IMG/VR virus record: IMGVR_UViG_3300046817_000104
Coordinates: 1 to 27,074 of that record
Source of the DNA: a virus
Lineage: Duplodnaviria; Caudoviricetes
Length of the DNA stretch: 27,074 nucleotides
Direction: 5' to 3' (one strand)
In this document: positions 7,668-14,820 of the stretch, piece after piece
Position numbering within the stretch: the first letter of the stretch is position 1
Layout: each line of letters opens with the position of its first letter
Notes under the pieces: generated by a model
What the model was told of the DNA's origin: nothing
Databases searched by the model: none
The model's input: the letters and a program-made list of their open reading frames with translations, nothing else
Translations under genes and position numbers: made by a program

Positions 7668-7813
7668 CCGCCTTCGCAGAGAGTGCCGTTGTAGATGAGC
7701 GAGCCACGCCACGGGAGAGTACCGTCAATCCAGAGCGAGCCGTGCTGCTGGAGGATACCAAGCCACAGAAGCGAGCCAGTTCAAGCGAGAGTGCCGCCAC
7801 AGGAGAGCGAGTC
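7666..7813 (+). repeat. TIGR array 3 (4 units), satellite array directly after the terL stop
   Basis: Loops at 7679, 7715, 7751 (GAGGATACC), 7787; edges at 7697, 7733, 7769 (AAGCGAGCC), 7805 (GAGCGAGTC). Spacer pairs: gccttcgca/gttgtagat, acgccacgg/gtcaatcca, gtgctgctg/aagccacag, agttcaagc/gccacagga. Confidence 0.92.
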
Positions 7814-7854
7814 TGTCATCATCTTTAATCGTCCCGCGTGATGTCGCAGCGCGC

Positions 7855-8076
7855 ATGCTGGATCAGGCGTGCGCCACCTGCCGGTTCTCGCGGAAGGATC
7901 CATCCGGCGATCGCAACTGCCACCGCGATCCGCCGACGTCGTTCCTCATCCCATTGCCGGGCAAGCTGAACATCGAGATCAAGGCATACAGCTCGCACCC
8001 GATCGTGCGCGACGACGACTGGTGCGGATCATGGGCCCAGCGCGGCGACACCACGCCGCTCACACGCCCTGATTGA
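7855..8076 (+). CDS. Small Cys-rich (probable metal-binding) phage protein
   Basis: Four-cysteine pattern CATCRF…CHRDPP…HPIVRDDDWCGSW, typical of small phage proteins. Confidence 0.75.
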   Translation: MLDQACATCRFSRKDPSGDRNCHRDPPTSFLIPLPGKLNIEIKAYSSHPIVRDDDWCGSWAQRGDTTPLTRPD

Positions 8077-8135
8077 CGCCAGCATAAGCACTGATTGACA
8101 TCACGGACCCGCGAAGCGTCTATATATAGATATAG
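8069..8135 (+). promoter_or_regulatory. Putative promoter/operator upstream of the portal gene
   Basis: Direct repeat CTGATTGAC at 8069 and 8091, TTGACA at 8095-8100, and a perfect AT-rich palindrome TCTATATATAGA at 8119-8130. The -35/-10 spacing is longer than canonical. Confidence 0.45.
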
Positions 8136-8169
8136 CCGTACTGCTGGAGGGTGCCGATATCCATGAGCG
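8134..8169 (+). repeat. Solo TIGR-like unit overlapping the portal RBS and start codon
   Basis: AGCC-gtactgctg-GAGGGTGCC-gatatccat-GAGCG: exactly 36 nt with the same register as the array units. Confidence 0.75.
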
Positions 8170-10763
8170 CCGCGTTAAGCGCGTTTCCGGCGCCAGGACC
8201 ATCGCCGGATCAGGACGACCCGAATCAGCCCCAGGATGGTGACACCAACCAGGGGCCGCCCCCCGATGACCCCGAGCAGCAGCCGCTAAAATCCGCTGAC
8301 ATCCTGCCGCTGCGCCCGCCAGGGCAGGAGCAGAACGACGGCCTCGGTGATCCCCGCCAGAGCCAGGGCGAGCAGCGACCGCTGCTGAAGCCGCAGTATG
8401 CGCGGAAGTTCGCCCGCTGGATCGTGCGCAAGAACATTGCCGACGAGATCGATGACAGCGAGCGGCAGCGCCTCGCGGATCAGGCGAAGCGGGAATACGA
8501 GCTCGACGAAGAGACCCGCTCGGACTGGAAGCAGCGCTACGGCGACTGGATGGACTTTGCGCTGCAGGTGATGCAGCCGAAGACGTATCCCTGGCCCGAC
8601 GCGTCGAACGTGTGCTTCCCGCTGATCACGGTGGCGGCGTTGCAGTTCAATGCGCGCGCCTACCCGGCGATCGTGCAGGGCCGCAACGTGGTCAAGGGCA
8701 CGGTGATCGGTGACGACCGTGGCGTGCCGATGATGATGCCAGCGCAGCCGCCTGGAGGTATGATGCCGCCCGGTGGCCCTGGAGGTGGAGCTGGTGGTCC
8801 TGCGCCGCCGGGGATGCCAGGAGGCGCTCCTGGCGGTCTGGGTGGGCCCCAACCAGGGGCGCCTCCACCGATGCCGGGACTTCCTCCCATGCCGCCCGGC
8901 GCTGGTGGTGCGCAGCTCGGCCCACCCGGAGCACCCGGCCAGGGCGGCCCGCCGCAGCCGCAGGGACCGCAGCAGGCGACCAGCCCCGACGGGCGGCAGC
9001 TGTGGATCCAGCCACCAGGGTCCAAGCAGGCGCGCGCCGACCGCATCGGCCGCCACATGTCGTGGCAGCTGCTCAGCGAGATGCCCGAGTGGGAGGAGCA
9101 GACCGACCGGTTGCTGATCACCGTGGCGATCGCCGGGACCATGTTCCGCAAGAACCACTTCGACCCCAAGCAGCGGCGCAATGTGTCGGAGATCGTATCG
9201 GCGCTCAGATTGTGCGTGAACTACACGGCGAAAAGTTTCGACGCGGCACCGCGCAAGAGCGAGCTGATCGACTTCTACCCGTGGGAGATCGAGAGCAACA
9301 TCCGCTCAGGCCTGTGGGTCGATTACGGTGAGGACGGCTACGGCCGCAACACCGACACCAGCCAGGACGAGCAGGCGCCGGTCACGTTCATCGAGCAGCA
9401 CCGCCGCTACGATCTGGACGACGACGGCTACGAGGAGCCGCTGATCGTTACGTTTGCCAGGGATTCGGGCAAGCTGGCGCGCATCACGGTGGGGTTCGAC
9501 CAGGACGGCATCGAGGCAACCGACGACGGTGAGGTCGCCGAGATCAATCAGATCGATTACTATACGAAATACGGTTTCATTCCGAACCCGGAAGGCGGCG
9601 CCTACGATCTGGGGTTCGGTTCGCTGATGTATCCGCTCAATGCAGCGGTCAACACCAGCATCAACCAGATGTTCGACGCGGGGCATCTGCAGATCGCGGG
9701 CGGCGGTTTCATCGGCGGCGGCGTGTCGATCAACGCCGGGTCGGTGCGGTTCATGACCGGTGAATACAAGGTGGTCACCACGCAGGGGCGTACGCTGCGC
9801 GAGAACCTCGTGCCGCTGGAGATGCCGGGGCCGAACGCGGTGCTGTTCCAGCTGCTGCAGTTCCTGGTCGAGGCGGCGAAGGACATCGGCTCGATCAAGG
9901 AGGTACTACAGGGCCAGCTGCCCGGCGCGAATGTTCCGGGGATCCTCGGTCTGGCAGTGATCCAGCAAGGGCTGAAGGTGTTCAATGCGATCTTCAAACG
10001 CATCCATAGATCTCTCCGCCAGGACTTCGACAAACTATTCCGGCTCAACCGTCTGTATCTCCCTGACGAAGCCGGTTTTAGGATCGGTTCCGAATACTTC
10101 CAGATCACGCGCGCCGATTACCTCAGAGGGTCGGGGGCTGAGCCGGTATCAGATCCGGACATGGTCACCGACACCCAGCAGATGGCGCAGGCTAACTTCC
10201 TCCTGCAGTTCGTGGGCGACCCGTTCTTTGACGGCCGTGAGATCCGCCTGCGCGCGATGCAGGCGGCGTCCATCCAGCAGGTAGACAAGCTGCTGGCACC
10301 GCAGGCGCCGCCCAATGCCGAGCTGGTGCAGGCGGCAGCCAGCCTCGATCTGCAGAAGCAACAAGTCGACATTGCCGGTCAGATGGCGAACCTGCGCAAC
10401 AAGGAGCTGGATATTCGTTTCGCTCATGAGCAGGCGGACATTCTGATCCGGCGCGGCAAGGACAAGGCGAGCGAGATTAAGGAACTGTCGCAGGCGATTC
10501 TCAATCTGGCCAATGCGCGCAAGGCTGACGCCGATGTCGACCAGAACTGGTACAACGTGCAACTGACAGCCTTGAAACATCAGGTGGATATGCTGAATGC
10601 TCTCACTGACACCGGAACTGATGGCGAGGGTGGTAACGCCAGCGGAGGAGGTGGCAGCGGAGCGCCGCCCGGCCTTGCTCGATCTGTCGGAGCAGGACTA
10701 TCAGCTGTGGCTGAGACACCCGGTGTCGGTGCAGATCTTCCTGTGGCTGGCGGATTATCGTGA
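8163..10763 (+). CDS. Portal protein
   Basis: Position after terL. Motifs KTYPWPDASNVCFPLITVAALQFNARAY, IEQHRRYDLDDDGYEEPLIVT and INQMFDAGHL. ATG 8163 follows GGAGGG (8146-8151); GTG 8151 is an alternative start. Confidence 0.9.
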   Translation: MSAALSAFPAPGPSPDQDDPNQPQDGDTNQGPPPDDPEQQPLKSADILPLRPPGQEQNDGLGDPRQSQGEQRPLLKPQYARKFARWIVRKNIADEIDDSERQRLADQAKREYELDEETRSDWKQRYGDWMDFALQVMQPKTYPWPDASNVCFPLITVAALQFNARAYPAIVQGRNVVKGTVIGDDRGVPMMMPAQPPGGMMPPGGPGGGAGGPAPPGMPGGAPGGLGGPQPGAPPPMPGLPPMPPGAGGAQLGPPGAPGQGGPPQPQGPQQATSPDGRQLWIQPPGSKQARADRIGRHMSWQLLSEMPEWEEQTDRLLITVAIAGTMFRKNHFDPKQRRNVSEIVSALRLCVNYTAKSFDAAPRKSELIDFYPWEIESNIRSGLWVDYGEDGYGRNTDTSQDEQAPVTFIEQHRRYDLDDDGYEEPLIVTFARDSGKLARITVGFDQDGIEATDDGEVAEINQIDYYTKYGFIPNPEGGAYDLGFGSLMYPLNAAVNTSINQMFDAGHLQIAGGGFIGGGVSINAGSVRFMTGEYKVVTTQGRTLRENLVPLEMPGPNAVLFQLLQFLVEAAKDIGSIKEVLQGQLPGANVPGILGLAVIQQGLKVFNAIFKRIHRSLRQDFDKLFRLNRLYLPDEAGFRIGSEYFQITRADYLRGSGAEPVSDPDMVTDTQQMAQANFLLQFVGDPFFDGREIRLRAMQAASIQQVDKLLAPQAPPNAELVQAAASLDLQKQQVDIAGQMANLRNKELDIRFAHEQADILIRRGKDKASEIKELSQAILNLANARKADADVDQNWYNVQLTALKHQVDMLNALTDTGTDGEGGNASGGGGSGAPPGLARSVGAGLSAVAETPGVGADLPVAGGLS

Positions 10764-10935
10764 TGCGCTGCTGCGTGAGGCGATCCGCATGTTCATGGCA
10801 GGCGACATGGAGAGCCTGATGCTGAACGAGCACCGTGGCCGCGCCGCGATGTGCAGCGAGCTGGCCGTGCTGCAATATGGCGATGTGCTGCGCTGGTACT
10901 TCGGCGACGTTAAGCCACCGCAGGAGCGCGTCTGA
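10597..10935 (+). CDS. Phage protein following the portal (start 10597 or 10621)
   Basis: YQLWLRHPVS motif of small post-portal proteins. Its stop is coupled (TGATG) to the next ORF, and it overlaps the low-complexity portal C-terminus. Confidence 0.7.
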   Translation: MLSLTPELMARVVTPAEEVAAERRPALLDLSEQDYQLWLRHPVSVQIFLWLADYRDALLREAIRMFMAGDMESLMLNEHRGRAAMCSELAVLQYGDVLRWYFGDVKPPQERV

Positions 10936-11054
10936 TGCCTAAGCTGAACCAACACCGCTGCGCAAATCGGACGCAGAAAGGCTGGGGCGCCGAACCGGTG
11001 AAAAACCCCAACACTGGGTGCCGGGGTTCATGGCCCGGCTGGCAGGTCAACTGA
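10935..11054 (+). CDS. 39-aa microprotein MPKLNQHRCANRTQKGWGAEPVKNPNTGCRGSWPGWQVN
   Basis: TGATG overlaps at both ends (10933-10937 and 11052-11056). Below the ORF-track cutoff. Confidence 0.55.
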   Translation: MPKLNQHRCANRTQKGWGAEPVKNPNTGCRGSWPGWQVN

Positions 11055-11452
11055 TGCTTGAAGGGCGCATCCTCAAGACCGGCGATCAGCGCGAGTTCGT
11101 ACATGCCGAATTCGATGGCGCCAATCACAGCGGCATCACGCCGCTCGACGACAAGATCCTGGTGCTGATGGACCAGCACGCCGAGAAGACGTCGGGCGGT
11201 ATCATCATCACGCAGGACACCCAGTCACGCCAGAGCATGGCCAGCGAGACCGGCGTGGTGATCGCTCTCGGCGCAGCGGCGTTTGCGTTCAACGACGACG
11301 GCAACCGGCGCTGGAGCACTGCCAAGCCAATCCCCGGCGATCGCGTCGTGGTCGAACGCTACGCGGGGCGCGTGGTGCAGGGCGAGGACGGCCAGGAATA
11401 TCGATTGGTATCGCAGCGCTCGATCGGCGCGATCTACAGCAAGGCCGAATGA
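11054..11452 (+). CDS. groES: GroES-like co-chaperonin (Cpn10)
   Basis: PLDDKILV…EKTSGGIII…GVVIALG…GDRVVVERYAG…EYRLVSQRSI follows the GroES pattern. ATG 11054 is chosen because of stop-start coupling. Confidence 0.88.
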   Translation: MLEGRILKTGDQREFVHAEFDGANHSGITPLDDKILVLMDQHAEKTSGGIIITQDTQSRQSMASETGVVIALGAAAFAFNDDGNRRWSTAKPIPGDRVVVERYAGRVVQGEDGQEYRLVSQRSIGAIYSKAE

Positions 11453-11455
11453 GAA

Positions 11456-11487
11456 AGACCGGCACTCCCGTGACGGAATGCCGGTCT
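11456..11487. terminator. Stem-loop after groES (possible terminator or processing site)
   Basis: AGACCGGCA…TGCCGGTCT 9-bp inverted repeat with an inner TCC/GGA pair. No strong U-tract. Confidence 0.45.
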
Positions 11488-11560
11488 AAACGTGCCCTAA
11501 CCCAAAGATCCCAAACGGCTTGCGCAGGCAAGATAACATACTGCGTGAGCGAGGAACAGC

Positions 11561-12535
11561 ATGTCAGAGTCGGCTCAGGACGCTGAGCTGGATCCCCAGG
11601 AAGACGAGGGGTCTGGTCAAGCCGAGACGGAGCAGCGGGCGCGCAACATGGGTTGGCGGCCACGCGAGGAATTCCGGGGCGACGCCAATCGATGGCTACC
11701 GGCCGACGAGTTCGTCGAGCGCGGCGAGCGGTTGCTGCCGTTGCTGCAGGAGCGCAGCCGTGCGGCTGATCGCACCATCACCAACCTGCAGCAGCAGATC
11801 CAGCAGCAGGGCGAGACGCTCAACACCATGCTGGAGAGCACCCGGCGCGCCGAGCAGGCGGGCTACCGGCGGGCGATGACCGAGCTGCACCAGCAGCGCG
11901 TCAAGGCGGTGGAGATGGGCGATACGGCGGCTTTCCAGGCCGTGGAGCAGGCCATGCGGGAGCTGGGGCCGCCACCCCCGGAAGCGCCCAAGGCGCCCCC
12001 AGCGCAGGGCCAAGGCCAGGGGCAGGGGCAGGCGAACAATGATCCGGTGATCCTGGCGTGGGTGCGCGAGCACCCGTGGTTCACCTCGGACCACATCGCC
12101 AACGTGGCGATGATCGCGGCGATGCAGCAGGCCGAGCGGATGAACCCGAACGGCACCGTCGAGGATCACCTGATCGAGGCCGAGAACGCCATCCGTCGGC
12201 GATTCCCCGAACACTTCCCGCAGGCGCGCCGCATCACCAACGGCAGCGGCAATGGCGAGGCGCGGCAGGCGCGGCGCCCGCTGCACATCCAGGAGGACAC
12301 CGAGGACGAGATCGAGGAGGACGAGCCAGTGGCCCAGCCAGTGCGCCGCCAAGCGGCACCGGTATCGCGTTCGTCGGACAGCCCGCCAGCGCGGCGTCCT
12401 GGCCCACGCAGCTTCGAGGCGATGCCCCCCGACGTCAGGGCGCAGTATGACCGCCAGCGCAAGATGCTGGAGGGCAAAGGCGAGCCGCTCACACGGGAAG
12501 AATTTGCGCGGTACTATTTTGAGAATGAGCCGTGA
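11561..12535 (+). CDS. Capsid scaffolding protein (probable)
   Basis: RBS GAGGA; ARNMGWRPREEFRGD…WLPADEFV motif, coiled-coil and acidic composition; located between portal and capsid genes. Confidence 0.8.
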   Translation: MSESAQDAELDPQEDEGSGQAETEQRARNMGWRPREEFRGDANRWLPADEFVERGERLLPLLQERSRAADRTITNLQQQIQQQGETLNTMLESTRRAEQAGYRRAMTELHQQRVKAVEMGDTAAFQAVEQAMRELGPPPPEAPKAPPAQGQGQGQGQANNDPVILAWVREHPWFTSDHIANVAMIAAMQQAERMNPNGTVEDHLIEAENAIRRRFPEHFPQARRITNGSGNGEARQARRPLHIQEDTEDEIEEDEPVAQPVRRQAAPVSRSSDSPPARRPGPRSFEAMPPDVRAQYDRQRKMLEGKGEPLTREEFARYYFENEP

Positions 12536-12702
12536 ACCTGATCATCCTCCTCATTGTCCTGCTGATCTTATTCGGGGGCTTTGGTGGCGGGTATTGGGGG
12601 TATCGAGGTGGTGTTTACGGCCCCGGCGCCTTCGGTGGTATTGGCCTGATCGTATTGATTCTCGTGCTGCTGCTGTTGTTCGGCGGCGGGAGATTTTGGT
12701 GA
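12532..12702 (+). CDS. 56-aa Gly-rich two-helix membrane protein (DUF3309-like)
   Basis: GTGA overlap with the scaffold stop. Translation MNLIILLIVLLILFGGFGGGYWGYRGGVYGPGAFGGIGLIVLILVLLLLFGGGRFW. Confidence 0.75.
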   Translation: MNLIILLIVLLILFGGFGGGYWGYRGGVYGPGAFGGIGLIVLILVLLLLFGGGRFW

Positions 12703-12715
12703 GAGGAACTGAATA

Positions 12716-13288
12716 GTGCCAGGACCAGGACGACCCCCTAACCCGGTTGGGCGCCAGCCGCTCAACGAGGCGGCGGCAGAGGCGGCGATGCGGCGCGAGC
12801 AGGAGAGCCAGCGCGAGCGCGAGATCGCCCACCAGCTGGGCGGCGCCGAGCCCGAAGTGACATCTGTCGATACACTGCCCCGTCGCGAGCGCAAGCCGTT
12901 CGTGCGCAAGCCGTTCGGCTCGTTTGACCAGAAGCTGAACTATCCCGAGCGGGAAGGATTCAAGCGGCATTGGTTCAATGATGAGCCGGGACGCATCATC
13001 CGGGCGCGCGATGCGGGCTATGAACAGGTGCATGACGAGGACGGTCGGCCGGTGAGTACCGTGGTCGGTATCGGTCGTGGCGGTCAGGCACTGGTTGCTT
13101 TCCTTATGGAATTGCCAATAGAGTTGTTTCACGAAGACATGGCTGCCCAGGAAATGGTGGTCCATGGCCTACTGACCCAGATCGGTAAAGGCGAACATGC
13201 GAAGCCGGGAGGCACGGATGGGAACCTTCGCTACGCCGGGTCGGAACGGGGTCAGATCAAGATCGAGACAGGAACCGCTCGGCGCTGA
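12716..13288 (+). CDS. Phage head-module protein of unknown function
   Basis: RBS GAGAGGA. Motif GFKRHWFNDEPGRIIRARDAGYEQV…LMELP is typical of genes between scaffold and capsid. Confidence 0.75.
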   Translation: MPGPGRPPNPVGRQPLNEAAAEAAMRREQESQREREIAHQLGGAEPEVTSVDTLPRRERKPFVRKPFGSFDQKLNYPEREGFKRHWFNDEPGRIIRARDAGYEQVHDEDGRPVSTVVGIGRGGQALVAFLMELPIELFHEDMAAQEMVVHGLLTQIGKGEHAKPGGTDGNLRYAGSERGQIKIETGTARR

Positions 13289-13402
13289 TCACTGACCCCA
13301 CGAAGGCGACGGGATAGCAATGCTCCTCGCTGGACTACAGCCATCACGCGGCTAGGCATCGCACGCGCGACCGGCACGACATCCCTTTAACCGCTTGCCT
13401 GA

Positions 13403-13440
13403 GCGCTGCGCTCTGACCCTGGCCGGTCACGGCGCAGCGC
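13403..13440 (+). promoter_or_regulatory. Stem-loop in the 5' leader of the capsid genes
   Basis: Nested inverted repeats GCGCTGCGC/GCGCAGCGC and TGACC/GGTCA. Confidence 0.45.
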
Positions 13441-13465
13441 ACCGGCACAGCATACAGAGGCTGCG

Positions 13466-14071
13466 ATGCCAAATGTGAATAGCCCCATGGGGCTGCGCCC
13501 TTACTCCCACCGGAGCGGCGCGCCCTATAACGGTGCGGTCCGCACCTACTATGTCCCCTCCTCCAACCCCACCGCGCTCTACATCGGCGACCCGGTGATG
13601 CTGGTCACCAACAGCTCCGACGGCAACGGCGTGCAGACGGTGGCGATCGCCTCGGCGGGCACCAGCAACCCGGTCCTGGGCTCCTTCCAGGGCATCACCA
13701 ACAACGCCGGGACGGCGGTGATCACGCTGCAGCAGACGCAGACGCCGTATCTCGCGGCGTCGCAGGCGGCTTACGTCGTGGTGTGTGACGACCCGGATCT
13801 GCTCTACCTCGTGCAGGAGGACAGCTCCACCACTGGCATGGTGTCGGGCGCCTCGGGGCGCAACGCCAACCTGATCGCGGGCACCGGCAACACCTACTCG
13901 TCGAATTCCGGGTGGATGCTGTCGAGCAGCTCGATGGGCACCACCATCAACGAGCAGCTGCGCATCGTCCAGCTCCTGCAACAGTCCGACAATGCCGTGG
14001 GCGCCTACGCCAAATGGCTGGTGCGGCTCAACTTCGGCATTCACCCCTGGACCAACGCCACGGGCGTTTGA
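13466..14071 (+). CDS. Probable capsid decoration/cement protein
   Basis: RBS GAGG; MPNVNSPMGLRP…ALYIGDPV…DDPDLLYLVQED; beta-rich small-residue composition; lies just before the MCP. Confidence 0.7.
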   Translation: MPNVNSPMGLRPYSHRSGAPYNGAVRTYYVPSSNPTALYIGDPVMLVTNSSDGNGVQTVAIASAGTSNPVLGSFQGITNNAGTAVITLQQTQTPYLAASQAAYVVVCDDPDLLYLVQEDSSTTGMVSGASGRNANLIAGTGNTYSSNSGWMLSSSSMGTTINEQLRIVQLLQQSDNAVGAYAKWLVRLNFGIHPWTNATGV

Positions 14072-14678
14072 GTTGGATCTCTTGCATCCACTCGGCAGGG
14101 TCTCTCGCGTGCTTCGATTGGTTACAGGGCTGGCACGCGAGGGCGATGTTGCTGATCCAGTTCGTGCCGCCGCGCGCGATCGGCATGACGTGGTCCTCGT
14201 GCCACCCGGCGCTGATATCTGCCGGGCAGTAGGCACAACGCCACCCCTGCCGCTCACCCAGCGCCATGATCTCGGCGTACGTGTGGGAGCCTTCCGCGCC
14301 TCGCTCGCGAGTCTCTCGGTTGCGCTCACCGACGCGCCGTTTCTCGGGGTGCGCCTGCGCCCAGGCGCGTCTCTCCGCGTAGAGGCGGTCCTTGTTCGCC
14401 TCTCGGTGTTTCCTGCGGCGCTCACGCACCTTCTCGGGGTTCGCCGCCGTGTAGGCCGTATTCTGCTCGATGATCTTATCGCGGTTCTCGGCGTAGTAAG
14501 CGCGGAGTCGACGCTTTACCGCAGGGTCATCAATCTTCCTGGCAAGGTCGCACGCGGTACAGGTCTTGTTGTTAACCAGTCGCTCGGCAACATGACCGCG
14601 CTTGCATGGAAGACCGGTGAAGTAGCGCTTCAACCCTTGCGTCATAGCGGCACGGCGCGAGATGGTCTGGTCAGCCAT
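14028..14678 (-). CDS. HNH homing endonuclease with an N-terminal Zn-finger-like DNA-binding region
   Basis: RYFTGLPCKRGHVAER…CTAC and CAYC…EDHVMPIARGGTNWISNIALACQPCNQSK; RBS-like GAAGGGA upstream on the minus strand. Confidence 0.9.
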   Translation of the reverse strand: MADQTISRRAAMTQGLKRYFTGLPCKRGHVAERLVNNKTCTACDLARKIDDPAVKRRLRAYYAENRDKIIEQNTAYTAANPEKVRERRRKHREANKDRLYAERRAWAQAHPEKRRVGERNRETRERGAEGSHTYAEIMALGERQGWRCAYCPADISAGWHEDHVMPIARGGTNWISNIALACQPCNQSKHARDPAEWMQEIQLKRPWRWSRGECRS

Positions 14679-14820
14679 GGCGGGCGATCCCTTCGCTCGA
14701 TCTGGTTAGGGCTGGCGCAGCGCTTCCAACGCTTCGTCAGCCCGCTCATCTCATACATCAACCAATCCACCTGGGCAACGCTTGGATGCGGCTGCCTCTC
14801 TAGCCAAAGGAGTTAGTTAC

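Noticed and set aside
11529-11555. GAGCGAGGA before the scaffold start, resembling the end of array 1
   Set aside because: No loop repeat or AGCC at the expected offsets; explained as an ordinary RBS.
12664-12681. 15/18 match of array 3 unit 3 target (GTGCTGCTGCTGTGGCTT) to GTGCTGCTGCTGTTGTTC
   Set aside because: The match is driven by low-complexity CTG (Leu) repeats, with all three mismatches in one spacer half. Probably chance.
14055-14072. Perfect spacer A match (acgccacgg) of array 3 unit 2 at the decoration/HNH overlap
   Set aside because: The B half matches only 5/9. Isolated 9-mer hits are expected by chance among this many spacers in 27 kb.
13427-14816. Long overlapping ORFs 13427..14425(-) and 13992..14816(+), and the many other antisense ORFs in the track
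   Set aside because: These are shadow frames of real genes in high-GC DNA, with no motifs or RBS support.
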